The notes below the pieces were generated by a model. It ran no database searches and was not told the origin of the DNA. It was given only the letters and a program-made list of their open reading frames with translations. This document shows, piece by piece, positions 40,066 through 53,263 of a stretch of DNA of 64,000 nucleotides; the first letter of the stretch is position 1; every line of letters starts with the position of its first letter. This DNA comes from Octopus sinensis (taxonomy: Eukaryota): the NCBI RefSeq assembly GCF_006345805.1, contig NC_043011.1:16876464-16940463 (forward strand). Reading direction: 5' to 3'. Made by a program: the position numbers and the translations under genes.

Positions 40066-40374
40066 AGTCACATTTACTGATAAATCATTGTCGTGAGATA
40101 AAAATGTTTGAACTGCCTTTATTCTTAACTTCGCCTTAATTCTTTTCCTATTTTCATTCATTGAACCATATTTATGCTGAGACAGTGCATTCAGGGGCTT
40201 CTCAGTTGACTATATTGATTACAGTAGTAAGTCACTTGTTTGTTATCAGTCTCTATTTACTGAATGGCAAAGTTTCACAATCTCAGTGTAAAGCAGACCT
40301 CTGCACCCACATAGCCATTCGATGTTAGAAAAACTAATGTTATAGATACTTCTTTGAAATTCATTTTTTTTTTA

Positions 40375-40777
40375 GGCATAGGAGTGGCTCTGTGGTAAGT
40401 AGCTTGCTTACCAACCACATGGTCCCAGGTTCAGTCCCACTGCATGGTACCATGGGCAAGTGTCTTCTACTATAGCCTCGGGCCGACCAAAGCCTTGTGA
40501 GCAGATTTGGTAGACGGAAACTGAAAGAAGCCCGTCATATATATGTATATATATATGTGTGTGTGTTTATGTGTTGTGTTTGTCTCCCCCACTCCCATTA
40601 CTTAACAACCGATGCTGGTGTGTTTACGTTCCCGTAACTTAGCGGTTCGGCAAAAGTGTCTGACAGAATAAGTACTAGGCTTACAAAGAATAAGTCCTGG
40701 GGTCGATTTCCTCAACTAAAGGCAGTGCTCCAGCATGGCCACGGTCAAATGACTGAAACAAGTAAATGAGTAAATGA
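40375..40777 (+). mobile_element. SINE family A, full length
   Basis: Head to tail match. Confidence 0.9.
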
Positions 40778-41139
40778 ATATTGAACTAAATGAAATGTTC
40801 AAAACAGAAACTTAGCTGTTTTTTGCAATAAACACATCTTAACCCTTAAAACCCAAAATGCGAGTACATTTGCACTACACCAAGGCCATATATTCCAGAA
40901 ACTGTGGTCTACCGGCACTCCACATGTCTTCATTTTGTTACTTCTTCTTCTTTATCTTCTTCTTCTTTATGCCTTTAACCCTCCAATGCAGAGTATAGGC
41001 CACTGATAGTTGAATTCCATGTCTCATAATTTTTAGCTTCTGTACTTATACTCTGCCATGAAGGTCCCCTTTTCTCTAGTTCCTTTTGTGTTGATCTCCA
41101 CCACGAGTTCTTAGGCCTACCTCTCCTTCCATCTCCATA

Positions 41140-41560
41140 GATGTAGGAGTGGCTGTGTGGTAAGTAGCTTGCTTACCAACCACATGGTTCTGGGTTCAGT
41201 CCCACTGCCTGGCACCTTAGGCAAGTGTCTTCTACTATAGCCTTGGGCCAACCAAAGCCTTGTGAGGGGATTTGGTAAACAGAAACTGAAAGAAACCTGT
41301 TGTATATATGTATACATATATGTATGTGTGTGTATATGTTTGTGTGTCTGTGTTTGTCCCCCAACATTGCTTGACAACTGATAGTGGTGTGTTTATATCC
41401 CCGTAACTTAGTGGTTTGGCAAAAGAAGCCGATAGAATAAGTACTAGTCTTACAAAGAATAAGTCTTGGGGTCAATTTGATTGACTAAAGGCAGCGCTCC
41501 AGCATGGCCACAGTCAAATGACTGAAACAAGTAAAAGAGTAAAAGAGTAAAGTAAAAGAG
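41140..41560 (+). mobile_element. SINE family A, full length
   Basis: Head to tail match. Confidence 0.9.
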
Positions 41561-41745
41561 ACGAAGGCCATCTTTGGTTGTAGAGTTACCATAGAGATGT
41601 TAATTCATAAGGATAGGTATGAACAGTACTGGTGTACAAAAGCTGGCTTTTTGGCTTCAACTCCAGGATTTGGGCAGGTCATGGTAAGGAACAGGTGTTT
41701 TAGCTATATGGTAAATGTTACAATGTGTTGACGACGATGATCCTA

Positions 41746-42198
41746 ATCATCATCATCATCATCATCATCGTTTAACGTCCGCTTTCCATGCTAGCATGGG
41801 TTGGACGGTTCAACTGGGGTCTGGCAAGCCCGAAGGCTGCACCAGGCCAGTCAGATCTGGCAGTGTTTCTTCTGCTGGATGCCCTTCCTAACGCCAACCA
41901 CTCCGAGAGTGTAGTGGGTGATTTTATGTGCCACCGACACAGGTGCCAGACGAGGCTGGCAGACGGCCACGCTCGGATGGTGTTTTTTATGTGCCACCGA
42001 CACAGGTGCCAGACGAGGCTGGCTGACGGCCACGCTCGGATGGTGTTTTCTTATGTGTCACCGACACAGGTGCCAGACGAGGCTGGCGGACGGCCACGCT
42101 CGGATGGTGTTTGTTACGTGCCCTCAGCATGGAGGCCAGTCATTGCGGCACTGGCTACGGTCCGTTGCGGCACTGGCTACGGTCCGTTGCGGCACTGG
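41746..42198 (-). mobile_element. SINE family E with internal 63-64-bp triplication
   Basis: Unit TTATGTGCCACCGACACAGGTGCCAGACGAGGCTGGC.GACGGCCACGCTCGGATGGTGTTT starts at 41924, 41987 and 42051. Confidence 0.85.
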
Positions 42199-42409
42199 CT
42201 AGTAAATAAGAAAGACAAAACATAAGTCACGGCCAATTATCAATTATATCTTGCCAAGGTTTCAAAAACATTTTGTGCCTGAATGTGAGTTATCTTTAGA
42301 TAAAGGCATGATTCTGACCAAAAACACATTATCCATAAAGTGATACATTAAATACAAACCCATCCGTTTGGGCTTGAAGACATTCTTGTTAACAGACAGT
42401 GCAAATGTT

Positions 42410-42718
42410 TTGTTTGTTTGTTCCTTCTCGAGCCAAGTCTGGCTCATAAGGGTCAGTTTCCCGGTTTCCTTGGCATATAGGTTCCCCATCTGGACAGGAC
42501 ACCGGTCCGTCACAGGTAAGCTGCATGATGCAGGAGGAAAGAGTGAGAGAAAGTTGTGGCGAAAGAGTCTGCAGAAGTTTTGCCATTACCTTCTGCTGGA
42601 GCCGCGTGGAGCTTAGGTGTTTCGCTCATAAACACACGCATTGCCCAGTCTGAGATTCGAACCCGTGATCTCTCGACTTCAAGTCCGCTGCTCTAACCAC
42701 TAGGCCATGTGCCTCCAC
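42410..42718 (-). mobile_element. SINE family D
   Basis: Flanked by direct repeat ACAGACAGTGCAAATG. Confidence 0.9.
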
Positions 42719-43041
42719 AGACAGTGCAAATGGTTACATTGAGATCAAACTGCTGGAACAATTGGCACAACAAAGTGCAGTGCCGGAGATAATTTAGTAA
42801 AAAAGACTCGAACACATTGTATTCTATCATTTTCCACCATTTTGTACCCTTGTCTTGAGAAAGAAACATGTGTTTCAGCATATATTCTAAAATTTAACAT
42901 TTTCAGTGAAACTTGCTGGGAGCTTAGGGTGGGGCATTCAATTCCTGCATGGGGTTAGAGTTCAAAGGGTTAAGCAAAGTTTTGTCATAGATCTTCAAAA
43001 TACTATTGTGGGTCCCCAATTTTCTATTTTACTTATGTAAA

Positions 43042-43176
43042 AAGTGGCTGCAGAAAAAACTATGGGCGAAGGAAAAATTCCAAAGAATTGCTGATATTAG
43101 TTGAAAGGTTGGGAAAATGGCTAGAGTAGTGCCACAATAAGGGTAACAAGAGCAAGAAATATGGCATTGAATAATA
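43042..43176 (+). repeat. ~135-bp dispersed repeat, copy 1 (probably part of a hAT/Charlie-like MITE ending TTGGGAACCACT at ~43253)
   Basis: Roughly 85-90% identical to 44616-44752. Confidence 0.6.
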
Positions 43177-43344
43177 CTTATGTATTTTATTTATCCCCAA
43201 AAATCTTATATGGACCCATGAGGCTTATATGGACCCAGATTGGGAACCACTCGTGTGAAGGGAAGTAACTCTATACACCATTTTTACAACAATAAATGCA
43301 AACACACACACACACACATAACATGTTCAAAGTACCCTGTATGC

Positions 43345-43505
43345 TCTATGGTGTGGCTGGCATTAGGAAGGATATCCAACAACAGAAACCATGCCAGGAC
43401 AGACAATGGAGCCTGCTGTGGCCCCTCACCTTACCAGCTCTTGTAAAAACCATCCAACCCATGCCAGCATGGAAAATGGATGTTAAATGATGATGATGAT
43501 GATGA
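43345..43505 (+). mobile_element. SINE family E-related 3' end
   Basis: GGCATTAGGAAGGATATCCA...CCAACCCATGCCAGCATGGAAAATGGATGTTAAATGATGATGATG. Confidence 0.75.
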
Positions 43506-44039
43506 TAACAGAAGTTCGAGTTATTTCTTTTGCCACTGAATTTCACTTACAAGATAAATTTCCGTCAATTCAAGACTATAGAAAAAGAAAACATTCTCGC
43601 CCAATTTACCAATCATAAGATCAAACCTGAATCCCTGTCTTTGAAGAATAAACAACTAATCCACTTGTCCCCCCTTCCCCGCTGCCTCGTCTCTACACAT
43701 TGATGCTGTATTTGACTTGGTGGTAACGGAGTTTGTAGTTGCTCTGTGAAAGTTCCCTTTATGCTTCTTATTTCCATTGCTATTCTAATTGCCTGTCCAT
43801 TTCATTTCACTCATCAATAAACTTGTTTTAATTATCAGTTCATTGATAATACTTTGACATTAATTGAATTAAACCATTTGATTGTGAATGCAGTCCGCTG
43901 AAACATATATAATACTTCCCAAGTATGGAAACTGCTATTCAGAACCATTAAGCCGCACTTGAATCCAAGCTGAAGTATAATCGCAATATTTGACAAAAAT
44001 ACATTGCCAACTGTAAGAGATGATGAAATTTATCACTGT

Positions 44040-44300
44040 CGTCGTCGTAGTCGTCATCATCATCATCATCACTATCCCAATTATCATCCGCACCATCATT
44101 GTCATAATCATCATCATCATTGTTGCTGCTGACCCCTCCACTTCTGCCTCCTCTACCACCACCACCACCTCATCATCATCATCATCCTCATCATCGTTTT
44201 TGGCATCGTCATCGTCGTCGTCGTCATCGTCGTCGTCATCATCATCATCGTCATCGTCGTTATCGTTGTCATCATCATCATCATAATCCTCATCATCATC
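44040..44300. repeat. (CAT/CGT/CAC)n microsatellite
   Basis: Direct inspection. Confidence 0.9.
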
Positions 44301-44615
44301 AATGTTCTATCAGAATTTCCATGTTGGCATGGGCTGCATGAGATCTGATGTACAGATATTGCCAGTCCTTCTGGCCTTTCATTGTCTCTTCTCTGTTTTT
44401 GGCCCCTCTACATATTTTCACATCTTCCTTGGTCTCTCATGTAGAGATCAATTTTTTTTTTGGCTCAGTAAACATCATCTATATATATGATATATCTAAG
44501 AGTCATGCAATTTTCTTAAATCAGTCTATACCATCCACTATTTCATGGTTTCTTCCAAAGCAAAGGTGTGAACCCTGAGCCTTCATAAGCTCTTCATGAA
44601 GCATGAGAATTTCAG

Positions 44616-44752
44616 AAGTGGCTGCAGAATAAAACTATAGGCAAAGGAAGAATTCCAAAGAATTGCTGATCTTGGTTGAAAGGAGTGGGAAAATGGCTAG
44701 AGTAGTGCCACAGTAAGGATAACAAGAGCAAGAAATGTGGCATTAAATAATA
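44616..44752 (+). repeat. ~135-bp dispersed repeat, copy 2
   Basis: Direct repeat of 43042-43176. Confidence 0.6.
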
Positions 44753-45519
44753 AGTTATTCATAGCCCTTGAAGAAAACAATGCTCAAGGCTAGAATGGCT
44801 TTGATCTTCTGTGTGTTTGATGAATGATGACCTGTGCCTAAGAACTATTATCATGAGTATCACATTTCCAGAGAGACCAATGCAATTTTCTGGCTTTCAC
44901 ACTTTGGTTGTCATAACCAATAACTAGCTATACTCTCAGGGCATGTGAGATCCCCGTTTCACATGGCTAGATATTATACAGTAAACATATGAATTATTAC
45001 ATATCTGTTAATAGAAGGGTTAGTTTATATAAGAATTTTATGAGTTCAGTCGACATATGAGGTGAAGAATTTGACACCTTGAATTCTTTTACTTAATCTG
45101 AATATGAGAAGAAAAATAGCGAAACCGTTGCCAGATTGGTCTCAAAGTAGCAAAAGAATAAGAGATTGAAAAGTTTGATAAGTCACTCCTTAGAGAATTT
45201 AGAGTTATCTAATTCTCCTATGACTAACTGTCACCAATAGAGACTATCGCCATCTCCTTCAATTATAGACGTTACTACTTCATTTCTGTAATGCCTCCAC
45301 AGATCAGATCTTCCGCATTGTACTACCCATGTTTGGCTATGATGTGAACACAACAATATCTTGATGTGTTTCATTGTATAGTTTCAGTCATTACACTTCA
45401 AGAGAATTGTTGATTAAATTGTTGCCGATATTCCCTGGGTGTTTGTTTATTTTACCGACATCAGAAGGATGAAAGCAAAGTCAATTTGAACTCATGAAAT
45501 AATAGGATGCAACCAAATG

Positions 45520-45607
45520 ACAGAAGTTATTTATATGTATGCATATACATGTATATATACAAACATACATACATACATAATATATATATACATACATATA
45601 TATATAA

Positions 45608-45659
<52 letters not shown>

Positions 45660-45668
45660 GTATGCATG

Positions 45669-45704
<36 letters not shown>

Positions 45705-45737
45705 TACATATATATATATGTATATATGTATATATAT

Positions 45738-45783
<46 letters not shown>

Positions 45784-46040
45784 TGCATACATATATATAT
45801 ATGTATATATGTATATATATATGTATATATTATATATATAATATATATATATATGCATACATATATATATGTATATATGTATATATATATATATATATAA
45901 TATATATATATATATATACATATATGCATACATATATATATATATATAATATATATATATATATGTATATATATATTATATATACACACATATATATACA
46001 TATATATATACATATATACACACTCACATACATACACATA
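45520..46040. repeat. Long (TA)n/(TATG)n microsatellite
   Basis: Direct inspection. Confidence 0.95.
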
Positions 46041-46413
46041 CACTACATCTCTTTTGTAATTTTCACTCTGTTAGATGCTGAAAAGATTTTGTCAGTGTTA
46101 TTAAATCACTATGAAACCAAACAGTAAAAGAAAGAAAAAAAGACAGAACTTTATGTCTTATCTTATAAAAGTATATCATTCTGTTTAAAACCATATAATT
46201 TCTAAAGGAAACATTCTGCAATTATAAAACATTGTTCTCCCAATAGTTAATTGAAAAGATTAATTTCTCTTCTATAAAGCTTCTCATATTTTCAGATATG
46301 TAGAAATAATTAAGGATTATTCATACCAGGAATTATTTCCTATATTAAAATAAGCAAATTGAAAAAACAATATATATATATATATGTATGCATGTATATA
46401 TATACACACATGC

Positions 46414-46552
<139 letters not shown>

Positions 46553-46871
46553 AGATAATAATAATAATTTTGCTGTTGCACCTTTGATAAAATAAACATA
46601 AATATCGAATTGTATTCTGCTGGTTTCTGTTCTTTTTCTTCCTTTTCCTGGTAATGTTTTCTTAATATGGCAATATTTTCAATTTCAGATGGCTAGCTTT
46701 TATTCACTGAAAGTATTAGAAACAAATTAAGAATGAAAAATGAGCTACTTGAAGTCAGGTAAGCAGTTGCAGGCAGTGCATCCATGGTGATTTCTTCCAC
46801 AACAATACAAAATTAGTAAGAATTAATGTGAATGACAGCACAAGGCAAGTACAGTTTGGTAATGGATGCAT

Positions 46872-47158
46872 GTGGGGGCACATGGCCTAGTGGTTAGAGC
46901 AGTGGACTCACGGTTGAGGGATCACGGGTTTGAATCTCAGACTGAGCGATGTGTGTGTTTATGAGTGAAAACACCTAAGCTCCATGCGGCTCCAGCAGAA
47001 GGTAATGGCGAAACTTCTGCTGATTCGTTCGCCACAACTTTCTCTCACTCTTTCCTCCTGCATCTTGCAGCTCACCTGCGACAGACTGGCGTCCCATCCA
47101 GGTGGGTAACCTATACACCAAGAAACCGGGAAACCGGCCATTATGAAGGAACAAACAA
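46872..47158 (+). mobile_element. SINE family D
   Basis: Flanked by direct repeat AATGGATGCAT. Confidence 0.9.
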
Positions 47159-47332
47159 ATGGATGCATAACAATGTTTGTAGCATGACATTAAGATCACC
47201 AAGGAACCTAAAATTTGGTGCCTCATCCACCTGGATCTATGTTGTTTTTAGGAAGGCCGAAGTCCTTCAGCACAACATCATGGGTAAGTGACTGGATTTG
47301 ATAGTCAGGACCTGAAAGTTGCCAGTCATATA

Positions 47333-47896
47333 CAGTAATACCTCATGCTACAAGGACCTGCTTTACAAGACCCTGGGTTAACAAGTTTTATTTTTCAAGT
47401 ACAAGATCCAAATTTCGAACGAAGTGCAAAAGTTTCTACTGCCATAACAAATGCTTCTGCCTGTTACTGAGAAATTTATAGAGAGTGAAAAAAATGCTTC
47501 TTCTAAGCAAACAACTTTAGACTTGTGTATTTAAAAGTAATCTACAAGTTCATCTATGAGTGCTTGTGAATTGATGTTCGTGTCTACAAGTGATGATGTG
47601 TGCGAGTCTACTGTGAGTGAAAGTGATTCAGAAAACGATAATAATAATAATAATATTTTTTATTATAAATGATCTTGACATTCCTTTTCCTTTACATACA
47701 ATATTTTCGTCTTTCTCCTGGTGTTTTATTGCCATTCATTTACGACTATTATAAATTTTATTGGTAAAATATTTTTCTGATAACCAATTACAATTTATAA
47801 CATTGCTACTATGGGAAATTACTGCTCTGCTTTATGAGTTTTAGCTTTATGAGCAGTCTCCAAGACCAAATTAACTCGTATATCAAGGCATTACTG
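47333..47896. mobile_element. Tigger/pogo-like non-autonomous DNA transposon
   Basis: TA-CAGTAATACCTC at the left and CAAGGCATTACTG-TA at the right (imperfect TIRs, TA TSD). Confidence 0.65.
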
Positions 47897-48010
47897 TATA
47901 TATGTATGTATATATATGTGTGGAAAGATGGACCCAGACAACAATAACTGGACAGTTGTATTTTAACTTGGTAGCTATTTTAATTCTTAAGTTCAACAAT
48001 ATTCTTTTGG

Positions 48011-48251
48011 TGGAGATGCGTGGCTTAGTGGTTAGGGTGTCAGTATGATGATCGTAAGATGTGGTTTCGATTCCTGGACCGGGCGACGCATTGTGTTCTT
48101 CAGCCAAACACTTCATTTCACGTTGCTCCAGTCCACTCAGCTGGCAAAAATAACGCTGCGATGGACTGGCGTCCCGTCCAGTTGGGGAACACATACACCA
48201 TTGAAACCGGGAAACAGGGCCCATGAGCCTGGCTGGGCTTTAAAAGGGCGC
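48011..48251 (+). mobile_element. SINE with family C-like head and family D-like 3' part
   Basis: TGGCTTAGTGG / GGTTTCGATTCC boxes, CACTTCATTTCACGTTGCTCCAG, then GACTGGCGTCCCGTCCAG. Confidence 0.75.
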
Positions 48252-48324
48252 ATTTATTTTATTTATCAAATTCTTTTGACCCATCAGTCTTGATATTTAT
48301 TTATTTATTTTTGTTATCCTGTTC

Positions 48325-48870
48325 CAGACTGTTCTGGCCATCATGTCATGTTTTATGCAAAAATAATATCTAGAAAACACTCTCTCACAGTTGGCAATAA
48401 TGTTATTGATGTTTTCAGTCTACATTTGTTGGTTGTCAATGTTTTCTGCCTTTATTGTTGTAGGCACATGGTAGGGATCTCTTGTTCTTTAATTTCATAG
48501 AGGGAAACTACGAAGTGGGATGTCATAAACTTGTCAGTAATCCATGCCAAGCTTTTGATATTATCCCTTCCTTTTTTGGCTTGTGCTTTTCATGTTTTTT
48601 ATTTTATTCTTTTGATCAACTATTTTTGTCAATGCTCCTTAGGGAGAGATCTGTCTCAGCCCTTATTTCTTAACCCTCCCCCACTCAACTTCATTAGCTA
48701 TTGTAATTATGTTGTTGATACCATGGTCGCAAATTTGGGCAAGATAGTTACTGGCCTCTTTCCTCTGCTGTAGATATTGCTTCAGTGTCACAATAAGTTA
48801 TTCATATGACATAGACAGAGATTTGAGACCATGGCCACCATCCTTGCATGGGAAGTATAGTCTCTCTATA
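48325..48870 (-). pseudogene. RLE-type (R4/Dong/NeSL-like) non-LTR retrotransposon relic
   Basis: Broken minus-strand reading ERLYFPCKDGGHGL...SLAWITDK...KEQEIPT...NKCRL...NNIIANCER..Y...KHDMMARTV resembles RLYLPR..GGRGL, the CCHC knuckle and the RHD motif. Confidence 0.55.
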
Positions 48871-49106
48871 TCTTCATTGATATTGTATTTTCCTGTTATA
48901 CTGAGTAGCTTGTAAATTTGAACATCTGTCAATAGATCAACCTATCTTTGCACCTTTAAAGAAATGTGGAATAAGAGATACTATACTTGAAAAAAGAGCT
49001 TCAGTTTAGAGAAAAGAAATGTATTCACCTGTTAAACAATGCTTCAGTAATACATCTGCTAAACCCATGTTAGCATGGAAAAAGAGACACAAGGACAAAC
49101 AAACCA

Positions 49107-49510
49107 AGCAGGAATGTTAGCATGCCGGGCAAAATGCTTATCGGTATTTAGTCTGCTGCTATGTTCTGAGTTCAGATTCCACCAAGGTTGATTTTGCCTT
49201 TCATCCTTTCAGGGTCAATTAGATAAGTGCCAGTTATGCACTGAGGTCGATATAATCGACTTAATCCATTTGTCTGTCCTTGTTTGTCCTCTCTGTGTAT
49301 AGCCCCTTGTGGGTAGTAAAGAAATAGGTATTTAGTCTGCCACAACGTTCTGAGTTCAGATTCTGCCAAGGTCGATTTTGCCTTTTATCCTTTCAGGGTC
49401 AATTAAATAAGTACCAGTTATGCATTGAGGTCGATATAATCGACTTAATCCATTTGTCTGTCCTTGTTTGTCTCCTCTGAGAGTAGCCCCTGGTGGGCAA
49501 TAAAGAAATA
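49107..49510 (+). mobile_element. SINE family B, tandem dimer
   Basis: Two ~190-bp bodies joined at AAAGAAATAGGTATTT.GTCTGCC. Confidence 0.85.
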
Positions 49511-49863
49511 AGAAATAGTAGAGAACTGAGCTAATGCCTAATATTCTGCAACTGCCAATAGCTACATTCACTGTCTTGCATTCTCACTATTTCATTGTTT
49601 ACTAATTGGAATTTTAGATTTTAACTCCTTATCTTATATTTCAAAATTCTCATCAATTCTAATGATTATCCTTTTCGTTATGGGCACAATTTTGATTTGC
49701 TGGTTAATATATTTTCTTTGGTTCACTGTTTTAAAGTTGCTAGCCTGCACTTAACTACGTTCTGCATGTCGAAAAATACACTGCGGTATTACTGAAAATA
49801 TTTCCATAGTATTTTAGTTCTGTCTGTCTGTATTTCTGTGTACAAATCCAGTCAAGAATGAAT

Positions 49864-50285
49864 GGATCTTTTCTGTTTGAACGACAGTTTTTTAAAATAA
49901 TTTACACTTAACTGAACACTTTTAAACTTCGTATACTGGTAGAATGTGTTTATAAAACATCTTTTTCTCTTGGCTTTATTGAGAAAATTCTATAGTTAGT
50001 AAGATATTTGTTGTTTTTTTTCTTCAATTTCTGCAATTTCAAACAATCAATGATGTCTATTGAGGTGAAAATATTCTGTGCCATATGAATATGTCCCTCA
50101 TTTAAGAAACAGATTGGATTTATTTACATTTCTGAAGAAAAAAGATACCCTTCCCCTCACCCCTAACCCTAACTCTAACTCTAAAACTGATTGAAATGCA
50201 ATAGTTCGATACTAGGGTCATAATTATGGGTGACAATTTCATATGACACTGCTAGAAAAAACTGCCGTTCAAACTGAAAAGATCT
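49864..50285 (-). mobile_element. GGATC MITE, copy 3
   Basis: TIRs, internal CCCTAA repeats, TSD GAATGAAT at 49856-49863 and 50286-50293. Confidence 0.9.
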
Positions 50286-50352
50286 GAATGAATGCTTGTT
50301 TTTTTTTCCTCAGAGAACTTGGGTAGTAGGCTCAGCATGCTGCCTACTTTAA

Positions 50353-50572
50353 CCCTTTAACATTTAAACTGCCATATCCAGCCAAAAGCATTCTGCCTGT
50401 TTTACGTTCAAACTGGCCAGATCTGGTCTCTCACACCAACCCTACAATATTGTTTTAAAAATTAACATCTACCTCATCAAAATCTCATAGCTACAAGATA
50501 ATGCAGGATTAGTTCAAAACGATGTGGATAAAAATGGATTAATTTTGGCAGAATAATGCGAACACTAAAGGG
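50353..50572 (+). mobile_element. piggyBac-type MITE, intact ends
   Basis: TTAA-CCCTTTA ... TAAAGGG-TTAA. Confidence 0.8.
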
Positions 50573-51312
50573 TTAAAGCTATTTCAGGTTAATTTAGTGA
50601 CATTTACTCTGCTGAAAGCATTTGAACACAAACCCAGGTTTTTTCTCCAGCCTATATTTGGCTGCTAAATCTGGTTAGTTTAATAACCATATGTTGGATC
50701 ATATTTTGTGGTAGAAAATTATTTTCATTAGCATTCAATACTGCTATTGATTTTGAGTTGAACATAATCTAGAAATGTGGTATATAAAATGTGATTAATC
50801 TATCTTCAACAGACTATATGCATAGCCTCTGAGAATTTACTATGTTAGAAAGTAAGAAAACTAATTAAAAAATAACTTGCTTGTAAACATATTATGAAAA
50901 GAATCATTGCACGTCAAATAGAGCAGAGCAACAAGTGCTCTTATTCACAATTTTTTAAGTATCTCAGGTTCCAAGCAGGAACCATTTTTATTCACATTGC
51001 TAATATTGTTCAAAGAAGGTGTTAATAATTAATTTGGTTATAGTTTTAATATTCTTTTGAAATTCTACTTGTATTTACAATCTCTTGTAAAAATATTAAA
51101 TTGACCCCCAGCACTGTTACATTATTTTATCAACTCCAGAAGGATGAGAGGCAAAGATGTCTGAAAGATTTTGTACTATAAATATAAACAAACATAAATA
51201 AATACTGCTTTGAAAGCATATCCTTTCAATTATCATTATTTTGTGGTTAACTTTATGAAGTCATATTATTCTCCTACTAGTACAGTGTTGTTGGCATCTT
51301 AAATTCCACTCT

Positions 51313-51726
51313 TATTTCTTTACTGCCCACAAGAAGCTATACACAGAGAGGATAAACAAGGACAGTCAAAGGGATTAAGTCGATTACATCAACCCCAGTG
51401 CATAACTGGTACTTATTTATCGACCCCGAAAGGATGAAAGGCAAAGTCGACCTCGGCGGAATTTGAACTCAGAACGTAGCGGTAGATGAAATACCTATTT
51501 CTTTACTACTCACAAGGGGCTAAACACAGAGAAGACAAACAAGGACAGACAAAGGGATTAAGTCGATTATATCGACCCCAGTGCATTGCTGGTATTTATT
51601 TAATCGACCCCGAAAGGATGAAAGGCAAAGTCTACCTCGGCGGAATTTGAACTCAGAACATAGCCACAGACAAAATACTGTTAAGCATTTCGCCAGGTGT
51701 GCTAACGCTTTTGCCAGCTCACCGCC
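51313..51726 (-). mobile_element. SINE family B, tandem dimer
   Basis: Same junction as other dimers; flanked by direct repeat ATTCCACTCT. Confidence 0.85.
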
Positions 51727-51924
51727 TTTCTAGATTCCACTCTTTAGCAATACAATATATATTCTACTTCACCTTAGGTTAAACTCAATATTACGACTAA
51801 TCTTACTGCCCTTCAAATAAGTCTCCTTTCTTAAGATAAAATGCATAGGAAATGACATAATAATGATACCTGAGGAAATGTTTGGAGGAATTTAATAAAA
51901 CATGAAAATACCAAAAACTTTAAA

Positions 51925-52141
51925 ATACAATATAGTATATTTAAATACATAGAGAATCCACTTATAGAGATTCTACGTGCTAGAAAAGGAATCTAGACAG
52001 TAAATGTTTTTAATTTCCAAATTTATTCCTGTCGAATCTTATCCCCAATTTTTTGTGGTTATAGAACTTAGCTATTCTTTCTAGTGCATAGAATCCCTAT
52101 AAGTGCATTCTCTATGTATTTAAATATACACTATATTGTAT
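51925..52141. repeat. Inverted repeat with ~68-bp arms and ~80-bp spacer
   Basis: 51925-51992 matches the reverse complement of 52074-52141 at roughly 85%. Confidence 0.8.
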
Positions 52142-52499
52142 GACTAATATATAGTCTTTTTGACTAAAATTATTTTTTACACATTGGACCACTGGAATGT
52201 AATTTTTGATTGAATGTTTTTAATTAAATTAAATTCCATTTCCCTTTGATATGATTGAAATTTAAAATACAAATAGACTACTAGTTATCTAAATAAACCT
52301 TACATCATTTTTCATAACAAAAATGTATTACCTCTTCTATTCTCTTTTACTTGTTTCAGCCATTTGACTGTGGCCATGCTGGAGCACCGCTTTAGTCGAG
52401 CAAATTGACTCCAGGACTTATTCTTTGTAAGCCTAGTACTTATTCTATCGATCTCTTTCACCGAAATGCGATGTTGGGGGAACAAATGCAGACACACAG

Positions 52500-52542
<43 letters not shown>

Positions 52543-52546
<4 letters not shown>

Positions 52547-52856
52547 CGTGATCACTGTCACCGACCAGGCTATCAGATGTTGCTACAAATCGCTGGTCAC
52601 AATGCGCTTCGCATTGTTTTTTAGCCTTCAAATGACGCCACCTCACTGGCTAAGCAAGCAGGCCAACAGAAGAAAGTGTGAGAGAAAGTTGTGGTGAAAG
52701 AGTACAGCAGGGATCACCACCACCCCCTGCTGGAGCCTTGTGGAGGTTTAAGTGTTTTTGCTCACTAAACACTCACAACGCTCGGTCTGGGAATCAAAAC
52801 CACGATCCTACAACCGCGAGTCCACTGCCCTAACCACTGTGCCATTGTGCCCCCCA
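52543..52856 (-). mobile_element. SINE family F/D-like, nested
   Basis: tRNA-like head on the minus strand at ~52856; 3' part shared with 26015-26100. Confidence 0.8.
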
Positions 52857-52978
52857 TATATATATATATATATACAATTAAAGTCAAAATAAGGGTGAAA
52901 ACATTGAATGTTAATTTAATAACACCAATTTAAACACCAAGTGGCCTAGCATATAAAAGACTGAGATTCAGTAAATAT

Positions 52979-53224
52979 TATTAATACACAACTATAAGAG
53001 AGAATCCACTATGTGGACGCTCTTACGCTAGATATAGATCCTCAAAGGTAATCCACCACTAAGAATTGTTCTCAAGAAATAATTCAACACACCAGTCCTG
53101 CTCGCTTACATTCTTGATGTGTTGAATTATTTCTTGAGAACAATTCTTAGTGGTGGATTCCCTTTGCGGATCTATATCTAGCATAAGAGCGTCCACATAG
53201 TGGATTCTCTCTTATAGTTGTGTA

Positions 53225-53230
<6 letters not shown>
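52979..53230. repeat. Near-perfect 113-bp inverted repeat with 26-bp loop
   Basis: Arms 52979-53091 and 53118-53230, 3 mismatches. Confidence 0.95.

Positions 53231-53263
<33 letters not shown>

Noticed and set aside
43042-44752. LTR pair formed by the ~135-bp direct repeats
   Set aside because: No TG...CA ends, PBS or PPT; copy 1 lies within a hAT-like MITE, so two independent fragments are more likely.
46689-46758. 70-nt segment with good splice signals (TTTTCAATTTCAG / GTAAGC)
   Set aside because: Stops occur in all three frames. It could be a UTR or lncRNA exon but cannot be supported without transcripts.
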